Source: Dicyema japonicum | Lineage: Eukaryota; Animalia; Dicyemida | Assembly (NCBI GenBank): GCA_011109175.1 | Contig: RDEW01000037.1 | Coordinates: 407,600 to 471,599, forward strand | DNA: 64,000 nt | Direction of reading: 5' to 3' | Shown: positions 33,451 to 44,561 of the stretch, in pieces | Layout: the number at the start of each line of letters is the position of its first letter | Numbering within the stretch: the stretch's first letter is position 1 | Notes under the pieces: model-generated | Database searches by the model: none | What the model saw: the letters and a program-made list of their open reading frames with translations, nothing else | What the model was told of the DNA's origin: nothing | Translations under genes and position numbers: made by a program

Positions 33451-36237
33451 TCAATAATCGGGCCATTTTTTCTCGATGCTCCGACCGTGATCCCACGCAT
33501 TTTCTATACGGACGGGGTCTTTTTCCTTTTCTCTTCTGAAATTGCCTCCAGTTGCCTCTATGATAGACTCGAGTGCTCTGGGGGCAATTTCTTTATCTGT
33601 ATATTTTTCTAGTAACTTTTTTGCTCTTGACTGGATATCTTTAATTTTTGTTAGGTTCGTTGCCGACAGGTTAGATCCCCATGCAGCACATGCATAGCCT
33701 ATTGTTGGCTCGACATACTGCTTGTAGAGGGTCCCGATACCTGGCGGATAAATTCCTCCACAGTTCCAAAGGAAGGCCTTTACAAAATTGATCTTCTTTG
33801 CACAGGTTGATATGATAGATTCCACATGGGCTGAGAAGCAGAGGAAAGTATCAAAAGTTACTCCCAGTATCTTCTGCGTTTTCTTTTGTGGTATAGGTAC
33901 TCCATTTAACGTGACATCAATTGTTTGCGTTCCCATCTTTCTATTCTTAGTAAATAGAGTGACTGCTGACTTTTCGGAACATGCATTTAATCGATTCTCG
34001 CACAACCATCCAAATATGTTATTTAGTATTCCTTGTAGTCTTTCCTTAGCATGTTCGACGTTTACGTCTCTAGATGCGACAACTATGTCATCGGCATAGG
34101 AAAGTAGTATGTCATTATTATTCATAGGTACGGGGAGATCACTCAAAAACAAATTAAAAAGGATTGGTGACAGAGGAGATCCTTGGGGTACACCATTGGG
34201 TAATAATCCCGATCTGGAACTCTTGTTTCCGACGGATACTTTCCCTCGGCGTCCACTTACGAAATTTGCTAACCATAACTTTAATGGTGCATCAATTTTT
34301 GTCAAAAATATTTTTCGTATGAGGATCTTCCTTGGGACAGAGTCGAAAGCTTTTTGAATATCGATCGTACATATGACCGATTTTTCCTGTTTTGGCTTGT
34401 TCTTGTGTCCTTCAGTTATGAACTTCATTAATGTTGTTAGGAAGGAGGTTGTTGATAATCCTTCCTTGAAGCCATGTTGGAATGTAGGTTGTGGGAGAAA
34501 AGGGCGAATAACTTTTAGGACCAGTTTCTCCAGGATCCTCGACAAAACACATATAAGGGAAACTGGTCTGTAAGAGCCGGGATCGTTCTTCGGTCTTCCC
34601 GGCTTCAATATTGGTCGAATTTTTGATAGTTTCCACAAAGTCGGTATGGTATTTCTGTTCAGCGATGTGTTGTAGATGTTTGTTAATGCATTTATTGATG
34701 CTGGGCCCAAGTGTTTCAGCAGAATAAGAGGAATTCCGTCTGGGCCACATGAGTTTGTTTTTTTCTGATTTGATATTGCTTTGGATACATCTTTAGGGAG
34801 AAAATAAATCAGCGGGGCAAATTTGGATGGCTTTCTCTTTATTTTCGTTTGTGTGTTAATCTTTTTATAAGGAATGTGACTGATTCGAATACAATGTTTC
34901 ATATATTTATTCAGATTGAGCTGGCATTGTTCTTTGTTATCTTCGTATTCTGGGTTCTTCAGACGCCTCAACATCTTCCACATGTTGGAAATTGAGGTCT
35001 GGTTATTCATGGCAGCAGAGATTCGCATGAGTTTCTTCCTTTGGGTGTTGTTTGTGCTTTTCGTGATAAGAATGTTTAGTGACCTGATTCGATTAATAAC
35101 CTCTCGTGAACGATGTATCATTTTCTTAAGGTTGTTTCTTTCCATAATTATTTTCCTTGTTTTTGAGTCGTATTTCAATTTTTCGTTTTTTATATATGCT
35201 TTTCTGATAAAAATATTTCTTCCGTCAATGATTATTTTGTTGAAATAGTATATAGCTTTGTCTATGGAGGAGAAATTTTCAGATTGGAAATGTTGCAGTT
35301 TTGAATCAACGAAATTTGTAAAGCCAGTCCAATTTGCATTTTTGTAATCATAGAAATGAATAGGCTTCGGTACAAAGCGTGGCTCGCAGTTCAGCTTCAT
35401 TAACATTGAATGGTGGTCGCTCCGGAGGTCATAACGGACCGTCCAATTAATGATCGTGGAAAGACGAGGTGAGCAGACGGATAAGTCCGGAGATGTCACC
35501 ATGTCCTTCGTGTTGTATGGTGTCCTAGTGTTCTTTATCGGGTTGTTGATGATTATTAAGTTTTGCATTTGGGATAATAGCAGGTTTCCTCTGTTATCAG
35601 CGGATTGGTAGCGGAACCAAGAAGGGTGCTTCGCATTAAGGTCTCCACATAAAAGCAAGTTCTCCAGTTTGTCCAAGGTAGATAGGTCAAAGGAGAAATT
35701 TTTCTTGCAGGAGCCAGGAGGAGGAACATAAACATTCGCAATTTCAATTTTTCCAATGGAAGTTATAACAGAGATTCCAATTATCTCCGTGTTCGAGTCT
35801 TCCATTAAGCTCTTGTAAAGAGAAGGGTTCTCGAGGTATTTTATTCCTTTTCTCACAAGAGTCAGTAGACCCCCTCCTTGACCAGATGGGCGGTCGGATC
35901 TTACTGTGTTGTATCCGTTAAAGAGAGGAGTAGGAATTTTATTTGAAAGTTTCGTTTCCTGGAGAAGGCAGATGTCCACTCTGTTCCTCTCCAAGAATAA
36001 GGAAAGTTCGGCAATTTTTCCTCTGATCCCGTTTATGTTTAAGCTTTGGATTGTTAACTTCTTTGGGCCTGGGTTTTGTTCCACGTCTCCTGAGGTCAAC
36101 ATTCTCAATCGATAGAATGTTCCAACAGTGAGAGAATGCCGTCCAGTGGGAAGTCCTCTGGTTGGTAGAGAGCAAATGGTTCTTTTTAGATATAGTTTAG
36201 GACTATATCCGACGCCACCAGAAACGGTGAACCACAT
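33451..36237 (-). CDS. 2A-APE endonuclease-reverse transcriptase polyprotein (928 aa); no RNase H, no C-terminal zinc finger
   Basis: 'SGDVEQNPGP' (36064-36087). EN: 'SLNINGI..LQETK..VRSDR..GGGL..NVYVPP..GDLNAKH..SPDLS..SDH'. RT: 'SCGPDGIP..SYRPVSL..QHGFK..IDIQKAFDSVP..GVPQGSPLSP..SYADD..KILGVTFD'. Confidence 0.95.
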   Translation of the reverse strand: MWFTVSGGVGYSPKLYLKRTICSLPTRGLPTGRHSLTVGTFYRLRMLTSGDVEQNPGPKKLTIQSLNINGIRGKIAELSLFLERNRVDICLLQETKLSNKIPTPLFNGYNTVRSDRPSGQGGGLLTLVRKGIKYLENPSLYKSLMEDSNTEIIGISVITSIGKIEIANVYVPPPGSCKKNFSFDLSTLDKLENLLLCGDLNAKHPSWFRYQSADNRGNLLLSQMQNLIIINNPIKNTRTPYNTKDMVTSPDLSVCSPRLSTIINWTVRYDLRSDHHSMLMKLNCEPRFVPKPIHFYDYKNANWTGFTNFVDSKLQHFQSENFSSIDKAIYYFNKIIIDGRNIFIRKAYIKNEKLKYDSKTRKIIMERNNLKKMIHRSREVINRIRSLNILITKSTNNTQRKKLMRISAAMNNQTSISNMWKMLRRLKNPEYEDNKEQCQLNLNKYMKHCIRISHIPYKKINTQTKIKRKPSKFAPLIYFLPKDVSKAISNQKKTNSCGPDGIPLILLKHLGPASINALTNIYNTSLNRNTIPTLWKLSKIRPILKPGRPKNDPGSYRPVSLICVLSRILEKLVLKVIRPFLPQPTFQHGFKEGLSTTSFLTTLMKFITEGHKNKPKQEKSVICTIDIQKAFDSVPRKILIRKIFLTKIDAPLKLWLANFVSGRRGKVSVGNKSSRSGLLPNGVPQGSPLSPILFNLFLSDLPVPMNNNDILLSYADDIVVASRDVNVEHAKERLQGILNNIFGWLCENRLNACSEKSAVTLFTKNRKMGTQTIDVTLNGVPIPQKKTQKILGVTFDTFLCFSAHVESIISTCAKKINFVKAFLWNCGGIYPPGIGTLYKQYVEPTIGYACAAWGSNLSATNLTKIKDIQSRAKKLLEKYTDKEIAPRALESIIEATGGNFRREKEKDPVRIENAWDHGRSIEKKWPDY

Positions 36238-36247
36238 GACGCACGCC
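36176..36247 (-). ncRNA. Candidate HDV-like self-cleaving ribozyme (double pseudoknot) at the LINE 5' end, overlapping the ATG
   Basis: P1 GCGTC/GGCGT, P2 GTGGTTC/GAACCAT, P3 ACC/GGT, P4 (GG)ATATAG/CTATAT(CT), J4/2 CTAAAAA. The pairings covary with the copy at 57225-57290. L3 (GTTTCT) is non-canonical. Confidence 0.5.
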
Positions 36248-38449
36248 TAAATTTCAGGAACGGTGCAATAAAACATATCAAATGCAAAACGCCTGCCAAG
36301 TGCTCTGAGTAGCTCTCTGTTAACATCTGTTAACAAGCTCGAAAGCTGCTAAAGTCTCTGAATATAGACGAGACAAGAAAACTTAACTCTGAATTCAAAA
36401 AGGCAGCCAGGAAGGATAAAGAAGACTACTGGAGGTTACATTGCAAAAAATGAAAGATGATTATAAGAGAGGTCACACTAGGAATGTGTATTTACAACTA
36501 AAAAGATTACGAGCCCCCTTTACGAAAATGATGGGCAAAATCAAGGACAAGGATGGTGTTGAATTGCTAGGCCAACAGAACATCCGAAATCCTTGGAGAG
36601 AATATACGGAATGACTATATTCAGAAACTGTGTGCCTACCCATATATGTTGATGAAACAACGTTGGGTGAGGGGCATAAAATTTTTGAGGAGGAATGCGT
36701 GTGGGCTACACGGCAATTAACAGGAACAAGGCACCGGGGATTGACAACATCTCAAGCGAATTGTTGAAGGCTATACCGGTGACAGCTATCACCAGTCTAT
36801 GTCAAAAAATTTGGGAAACTGGTATTTGGCCACGTGAGTGGAAAAGATCTATATTTATTTTAATACCGAAAAAAGGAGATAGCAAGGACTGTTCAAACTA
36901 TCGTACAATAGCCTTAATTCCCCACGTCAGCAAATTACTTCTAAAAATAATACAACATCGTCTAATGCCAAATGCCGAAATTATTCTACCGGATGTCCAA
37001 GCAGGATTCAGGAAGGGACGAGGCACTATGGAAAAAGCCCATGAATCCCAAAAGAATGTATACATGTGCTTTATTGACTATCGAATGTGCTTTATTGACT
37101 ATCGAAAAGCTTTTGATTCCGTTATACATGACAAGATGTGGTCTGCTTTAAAAGAATTTGGATTCGATGGCCATCTGATATTGCTCATCAAATCTCTTTA
37201 TAAGAATCAAGAAGCTATTGTTAGAACAGTGTATGGAGTTACCGATTGGTTCAAATTGGTAAAGGAGTAAGACAAGGATGCTTATTATCTCCCATCATAT
37301 TCAATAATTATGCCGAAATGATCATGACTAAATTGGATATTGTATCTAATAACAGGATTAAAATTGGAGGCAGGAATATCAATAATTCAGAGAAGAGAGC
37401 GCCGTCTTTGGTTTATTGCTATATGTCAAAAAGACCAAAATTATGACGACTGCTAATAATGGAACTAAAAATTTGGAATAAAAAAATAGAGAGTTGCGAT
37501 GATGTTGTCTTTCTGGGATGTCTAATTAATCGGAATGGTGACGGAGGCTTGGAAATCAAGAGTCGAATTGCCATGGGACGCCTTCCAGTGAATGAATAGA
37601 ATTTGGAAAAACAAAGATATTTGCTTAAGGAACAAATGCAGACTGGTTAATGCAATCGTGTTCTCGGTTTTTCTATACGGCGCAGAATCATGGATACTGA
37701 AAAAGGCGGATAGACGAAAAATTGATGCTTTTGAACTTTGGTGATGAAGGAGGTTACTAAGAATCCCTTGGACCTCCAAAGTAACAACCATCAATGTACT
37801 CAAACGGGTAGAGACTGACATTTCGTTAGAGGGAAGAATCGTAAAACACAGATTGGCGTTCTTTGGGCATGTTGTCCGCTCTGATTCCCTGGAAAGAACC
37901 ATTATGCTGAGCAATATTCTGGGAAGAGAAGACCTGGCCGACCAAGGACTCGGTGGCTATCCACGGTGGAAGACGTCACGGAAATGCCTATATCAAGGCT
38001 ACTCCAAATTGCGACGGATCTGGGAGAGTGAAGAAATTGGCTCATGAGATCTCCAAGGGTCGGACACGACATAATTTGGGTAACATAGACGTTAGTGTGG
38101 AAGTGGAATCGATCGTATTGAGCTGTTGCATTTTCAGCTAACAATAGTAGTTTAATTTTTGAGTTGACAAGACGCTTTTCAGCAAGAAAAGGAAAGTATA
38201 TTCATTCAGCATCTTGGTTTTCCAGCTTTCAATAATGGCTCGATAAGTGAGTGGCGTATTATCAAAAAATGTTCAATTCTATTCATATCTATTTTCCAAG
38301 TGTAGCTGTTTTCCTAAACAAGTAAAACTCAGGGAATCCGGATATTTAAAATGGATTCTTTTAATCATTAATTTGTTTGATATTTCCTTTTATTGTTTCA
38401 TTTTCTCTTGATTAGAATAATTTCTTTATATTTTTTTATACATCGCTGT

Positions 38450-38880
38450 TAAGATTGAGATTGTTGTAAATAATTTGCCTCAGATCTTAAATCAGTGTCG
38501 TAAATTATCATAAGGGATTACAAAAATAATCTTATTTGTCGATAAAGCATATAAACTCCATTAATATTTAGGTTTCATGATTTCATTATGGCTGAAGAAT
38601 TGGAATTCTTTGGCAGGAAAAGTAATTCAATATTTGAATGAATTTGTTTTCTGAAATTGTCTTTTTGAGTTTTCATTAATTCACATAACCATGAATTAAA
38701 AATAGCCTTTGTCTTCCAAGCACTCTGGGATGATGAATTTAATCTTCTGGATTCAAATTTTCTCCAACATTTTTATTTGCTCTACTTGTAGCCAGGTGAA
38801 TTATCTTTTCCCATTTTTTTAATGAGTGACCCACTAACTAAGAAATTTTTCAGTCTTAAGTGCTGAAATACATCGAAAAC
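38450..38880 (-). mobile_element. pogo/Tigger-like transposase DDE remnant
   Basis: 'QSAWKTKAIFNSWL' and 'HSNIELLFLPKNS' (cf. KAWMT..IF..WL; NIKLVFLPPNTTS). Confidence 0.5.
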
Positions 38881-39049
38881 CTTGAATCCAACAATTTTAA
38901 AGTATCTTCATTCTTCTCATGAGATTCAGTCTTTAAACAGGTGTTCCACCAATCACAAGAGCATCAAAAATCTGAGGGTGTTCCAAAACCGCTGTACAAC
39001 AATCAAAATAATCCAGCTGAACTATCCAGAAAGGTCATACAGCGGCCCC

Positions 39050-39440
39050 CTGACTGCGTGGCTATTCCCTTTTAGATTGACAAACTAGATTCGCTCGTGG
39101 AAATTTCCTGTTCATGCATACATCAGATTTCCTAGACAACTTAAGTATTCCAGCGTAGCCAGGGAACCAGGCGTTTCAACCGCAAGCGGAATAAACAAAA
39201 AATCCTCGGGAGGATCGCGCACTTATCCTGTTTTGATTAACAGCAGAGCATTCTCCAGAAGAACTCTGATGTTTCGGTGACATCCCAGAGAAGAGGTTTT
39301 TCGGCTTCAAAGGAGAGGATGGTCATCCCATCGGGTCGAAGATGTCCGACAAAGTCCAAAGCTCGTCTAACGACTTCTTCAAGGCTATGTGTCTGGGAGA
39401 TGTGCCCACACTTCCTACAGAATAGAAGATGTAGGCCAAA
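39050..39440 (-). mobile_element. CRE-clade RLE domain fragment
   Basis: 'HSLEEVVRRAL..HLRPDGMTILSFEAEKPLLWDVT..FIPLAVETPGSL'. Confidence 0.65.
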
Positions 39441-40857
39441 TTGACGATCTATTTATTGCTTTCCAGAATTGACGTAATGAACTTTTCCTGTTGAGGGGAT
39501 TAACCAGGTTTCGACATCTCTAATCTTGGTGTTGTCTTTGATGTTTTCATTAAGTTGTCTGATGATTTTCAAAGAAGTCAATCGGATGGCATTGTTTCAT
39601 CAGGTTTCTTGGTTTTATGTTTTTAAGTGTGCGAGAATTGAGAATATAAAATTCTTATATGATGAGAGAGGAATACATGGTCACCTTTTGAATGACCGAT
39701 TTTGGCGGCCTCATCTATCGAATGTATTGTTATGAGAGACCTCTGGCCAATTCTCTGTCAACAAAATTACTGTAGAACAATCAACCTTATAGTTATTGAT
39801 CTTTGTGGTGGAATGTAAAAATTGATCAAAGTAATCCAAAAGAATGGGGAACAGCTGGAGTTTGATTGTAATCTACTCCATAGTATTGTCAAAGAGTAAA
39901 AGCTCTGCGGTTCGTGGACTTTTGTCCATAAAGGATATGTCGTTCTTCACAATAGTGAGTGGCCTTTTTGAAGATCCTTACGAACCCGGGGAAGGAAGGT
40001 GTTGACGTTGAGGGTGAGAGTGAGGTCGACTCGATTTTAGGAAAGGATTGCCCGAAGTTCGATAATCTTGCTTCTAAATCAATTTGTATGTAGATATGAT
40101 ATTATTAAGTCTCCACGTGGGCCAGGGTTTGTCGCCACATACGAGAATAAAGAACAATGATGAGGCGGAATCGGAGGCACATAGGTTAAAGAAACCACCA
40201 CATGGTGGAAGATGTAATCATAGGTAATGAATTGACTTTTTTATTAAAAATAATTTTATAGAATAAAGAGAACTTTATTTAATTATAAATTAATTATTTG
40301 ATTCATATTTGTTTAGAATTTGAAGTATTTGGTGGATATTTTCATTACTATCCTCAATCAGTCCTACTACCAAAGTCTAATAAATTAAAAGTACAGAGTT
40401 TATATCCTCAGATATTCTCTTCATACATATTTCATATTCAGAAATCAAGTTTGATAAATATTGATATCGGATTTTCTTACGATTTCTACATTCCCCAGCT
40501 TTTCCAGGCATCATTATTGTTATCAGTGTAGTTTTCTTATTAAATAAGTAATATGCGCGCTTATAAAATCAATATTTTTGAAGGTTAAGTATATTACATA
40601 TATTCTTTTTCGAACTTGACAATAGGCTTAACAGAACAAAACAGAAAACCCAAATTTGAAGCAATATGCTTATGGACCGGTTCACTTTCCGTTAGATTGT
40701 TATCGAGACAATTGGAAGTACCAAGTCTTTTCACAAAAGATCGGAATTTTTGGTTTTAGAAGTGACCATAAATGTAGTGCTTCCTCCAGTTGATCTTTGT
40801 TACTATTATGTTGACAAGGATAAATTGACGTTTTTATTCATCTTCTAATCATATCAA

Positions 40858-41270
40858 CCTGTGCAAAGAAGATCAATTTCGTCAAAGCCTTCCTTTGGAA
40901 CTGTGGAGGAATTTATCCGCCAGGTATCGGGACCCTCTACAAGCAGTATGTCGAGCCAACAATAGGCTATGCATGTGCTGCATGGGGATCTAACCTGTCG
41001 GCAACGAACCTAATAAAAATTCAAGAGATCCAGTCAAGAGCAATAAAATTACTGGAAAAATATACAGATAAAGAAATTGCCCCCAGAGCACTAGAGTCAA
41101 TCATAGAGGCAACTGGAGGAAATTTCATAAGAGGAGGGGAAAAAGACCTCCGTCCGTATAGAAAATGTGTGGGGTCGCGATCGGATCCCGATTATTGAAA
41201 GATTCCAGAATCACCTGAATATTAGTTATTGGTTAAGACGGCGTTTCATGGGCTTAAATAATAATAATAC
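40858..41270 (+). mobile_element. 5'-truncated copy of the 33380-36253 family
   Basis: Near-identical nucleotide match to 33380-33800 (reverse strand), with the same 3' UTR and (AAT)n tail. Confidence 0.9.
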
Positions 41271-41289
41271 CATTTGACATGTTTATTCA

Positions 41290-41960
41290 TATGACAATGT
41301 TGATCGTGGCTTACCTCTAAATGCCCCCTAATAGAGGAAGTATGATTTTATAATATAGTTAGCAGAAATGACATGATTTATCCGTAATATGTGCACAAAT
41401 AGTTCCTATGGGGTAATAATTCCAATTTCTCCATAAGCGGTGTACAAGTTTTGATTCTTGATCACCAGTGTACACACATTTAGTCCTCATGTTGTAGAGC
41501 ACTGTGGATAGAACGAAATCATTGAATGGTTGTACTTTTATTAGTCTTGACACATTCACGTATCTCACATGTCGATTTAATCTCTTCAATGCTATGTTGA
41601 CAACATCTTTCTTGGTTGAACATCCTCCCGGTCGCCAAGCAATTACCCGATGTTTTTATTCTTCTCCATATCTCATCAATAAGTTCTCTTTTGATTGTAA
41701 TAAACTCAGTTTTTGTTCGTTCATTTTAAGGAAGCACTTTCCAAATACACAGCATGACTAAGAGCAATCCTGATATGGTTGATGTCTTCAGATCTACGTC
41801 ATCCGCATATATTAATTCCGTAGGTAGAACTAATTTTAGCTCCCACATCCCAAAGAGCGGATTCCATATAAATAACAAAGAGAATTTGTGATATTAAAAA
41901 ACCTTGAGGATTTTGTACAGGAATTATGACTGCTTATGGAACCGTGTAGTGAAAATATCA
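41290..41960 (-). mobile_element. RTE-like LINE remnant
   Basis: 'LIYADDVDL' and 'VLSTVLYN...QESKL'. Confidence 0.55.
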
Positions 41961-42089
41961 TTTAGTATGTTGCATAGCTGACGGGTAAGTGAGGACGGTT
42001 AGTTTTCCAAATCGTTCAAAGTAGTCGACTATTTTTAAATCATTTCTTTTTTCTCGTCATTTTCCTTCCATTGTCGTCATTTAGAGTTA

Positions 42090-42480
42090 ATCGTAGAGAT
42101 GGATCAACAAGGAAGACCTATGCCGATGTTGAGATGTCGAGCCAAACCACGGACTATTAGAATGGTTCAACTTAATGGCATCAATAGTAAAATACTTAAA
42201 CTTCAGACCTATTTGGAGAAACACCGCATAGTCTTCAAGAATCCAAACTTTCCACAACAATGCAACACAAAGATTCCCGAGATTCACAGTCATTTTTAGC
42301 GACAGACGTGAAAAACTTGATGGAGGTCTTCTTACTGTCATTCGAACGAAATTACATGCAAGGATATAATTGACTATGCCTACACTATGCTGCATGACTG
42401 TGAAGATTTCGAAAAGAAGAATCCTCTCAAAAATGAAGACGTCGTCAGAATAGACAACCAAATCAAAGACACTCATATAT
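42090..42480 (+). mobile_element. 5' remnant of an Ingi/Vingi-like LINE with a degenerate 2A-like motif and the start of the APE domain
   Basis: 'LCRC*DVEPNHG' (42133-42153), then 'RMVQLNGINSKILKLQTYLEKHRIV...DRREKLDGGLLTVI'. Confidence 0.6.
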
Positions 42481-43569
42481 TGCCATCAAAATAAATGTTA
42501 TTGCACCCGTTTAAAGATTGTTGAGTATGCAGGTTTTCCATTCCTCTTAAAGTATGAAAATATAGTGAGAGTTTGATCGATGTTTCTTTTCAATCAACCG
42601 AAAAGATGGACGTGGAAGATAATTCAAATGCATGGTACATTTTCTTTAAAGTAGAAGCATCGAATAATTTTGATTTAACTTTGTGCCCACCAGACCTTAA
42701 TTCACCCAATTTCAAAGGATGCATAAAAATGCATGTTCATCAGTCAAAATGTGACTTTAAAGTAGGAGATAAAGTATTTTTATAATTAATTTTTTGGTTC
42801 GCATGGTAGAGGATTATGGAACACATCACTTAACCGTTTTGAAATGCATTATGAAGAACCAGTTTAAATTACTAATATTTTATCATCTCCTAGAAATAAA
42901 TATTAATAATTTATATACTCAAGAGCTTTCAAAAAATTCAAAAATAATTAAAATGTGTCGTGCAGGATAATTAAATATAATAAAGTGAGTATCATTGATT
43001 TACGATAATGTAATGACAGGCAAAATGATTTAATGACAGGTAACCAATCCAGCATGTCACATAATACATGTTCGGAAGGCAGGAAAACTAGCAGAGAACC
43101 ACCATTTTAAAGACAGGTATTATGCGCAGTTTCAAGAATTCTCTACAGCAGTGTTTCTCAACAAAAGGCGATTTGAACCTCAGAAGGGGATTTTTTCAAA
43201 ACGCAAGCATCCTCGATCACTAAGAAAATATATTGAATTTTTTTAAAGTCTAAAGCAAAACTATAAAAAATAAAAATAACTTCATTAGTACCACAAACTA
43301 TTAAGGGTTTGTGTATTCATATAGAGTTGCAGAAATTGTTATTTTAAAAGTCATCAAAAGTCGACACAACAGGATTTTCTACTTTCAACGATTTTGAATC
43401 ATACCTCAATACTCATATGGCCTGATCAGAAAATATCGTGATTTATGTATTTTTAAAAATTTTAAGAAATTTTGCGCTAAATGTCTGTAGTAAAAAGTAT
43501 TGGTTTTAAAGCAGAAAAATTGTTGAAAATTCTTTTATTTTAATATTATCGTCGTATGTACTCACGTTC

Positions 43570-44560
43570 CGGAATTTGCTCCCATATAACAACAACGATT
43601 TATTGACAAAAGAGTTAAGGAGATTTCTGAAGGGTATTACATCTGAGTCCTACCATAAGGCTTGGACTCCACACCTGAACTCTTCCTCCTTTTTTTTATT
43701 ATTAATCTTTTTCAGGACGTTTCTCCCAGCTTTATATACGTGTCCTGGACCTTTGACCTCTTCCTGAAACCATTGATCTGATCTTCCACAATCTTGCTAA
43801 TCGGTTCTAAGAGCTTGTTTTCGTCCTCGCTTAGACAGTCTTTCAGTTTCTTGTTTAAGGAGAGTTTAATTGCAGCTCTCCTAGTCTTCTCTAGGAAGGA
43901 TAAAATCTTCTCCCTCTTCGGAGAGAAGAACCACCCCTCGCACCCATAAAGTAGGCCAGGAAGAATAACTCTCTTGAAGATGAACAGGTAAGTGTCACGG
44001 CTAACGTGTAACTTCTGTGTACATAGGAGCAACTGAAAAGCTCTCTTTCCCCTTCCTTTTATGTCCTCCATGTAATCTCTTGCGTGTCCATAGTCGACCC
44101 CCAGATAGCGCAGACTATGTGCATTGTTTACTCCCAATGTGTATTCTTGTTTCAGGTGCTTTTTCACATTGTTTATTCGGAGTGCGCATGATTTTTCAGC
44201 AAAGAGCTTTAGCCCTCTCAAATTGCACCAATGCTCAATCTAGTCAACATACTCCCAGATTCTTCCTTCAGATATAAAAGATTTTAGAGATGTGTCCACC
44301 ACGATTACGTCATCCGCATAAATAAAAAGACTAGTATTAATATTTCTCGGACGTTAAAAACTCGCCATGAATATATTATACAAAATAGGGCTCAATACCG
44401 AACCTTGTGGTACTCCCCTCTTGAATGATATTGCATCAGATATATCACACCATCACAAAAGATTGTCTTTCCTGAAGATAATTTCTTAGCCAAACAAATA
44501 GGTATCTTGGAACACATGCTGATACAAGCTGCTTTAACAACGCTTCATGGCATACACTGT
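43570..44560 (-). mobile_element. LINE RT fragment
   Basis: 'GVPQGSVLSPILYNIF', 'IYADDVIV', 'LRYLGVDY..IFKRVILPGLLYGCEGW'. Confidence 0.75.
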
Positions 44561-44561
44561 C

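Larger units (their letters stand above)
33380..36253 (-). mobile_element. Complete single-ORF Ingi/Vingi-like non-LTR retrotransposon (2874 bp)
   Basis: 16-bp TSD TCAGGAACGGTGCAAT (33364-33379 and 36254-36269), 16-nt 5' leader, 928-aa ORF, short 3' UTR, (AAT)n tail. Confidence 0.95.
31960..38100 (+). mobile_element. RTE (BovB-like) LINE, near full length, split by two insertions (32692-33217 and 33380-36253)
   Basis: EN 'ATWNVKG', 'QVYSPTS', 'RNDAGDRMVQFCQEN..ITNTWFKHHKRRLYTWTSP..NQIDYIL..ADCGTD'. RT 'NKAPGIDNISSELLK', 'NYRTIALIPHVSK', 'QAGFRKGRGT', 'FIDYRKAFDSV', 'GVRQGCLLSP'. C-terminus 'FFGHVVRSDSLERTIML'. Confidence 0.85.

Noticed and set aside
33788-36175. Plus-strand ORFs antisense to the 928-aa LINE ORF, and similar shadow ORFs over other TEs and genes
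   Set aside because: No recognisable motifs; explained by codon bias on the opposite strand.
42573-42785. 70-aa ORF ending 'FKVGDKVFL' as an LTR integrase tail or host exon
   Set aside because: No other LTR-element features and no consistent micro-intron frame could be built around it.
43150-43165. hAT-like TIR CAGTGTTTCTCAAC
   Set aside because: No matching opposite TIR, TSD or transposase remnant found nearby.
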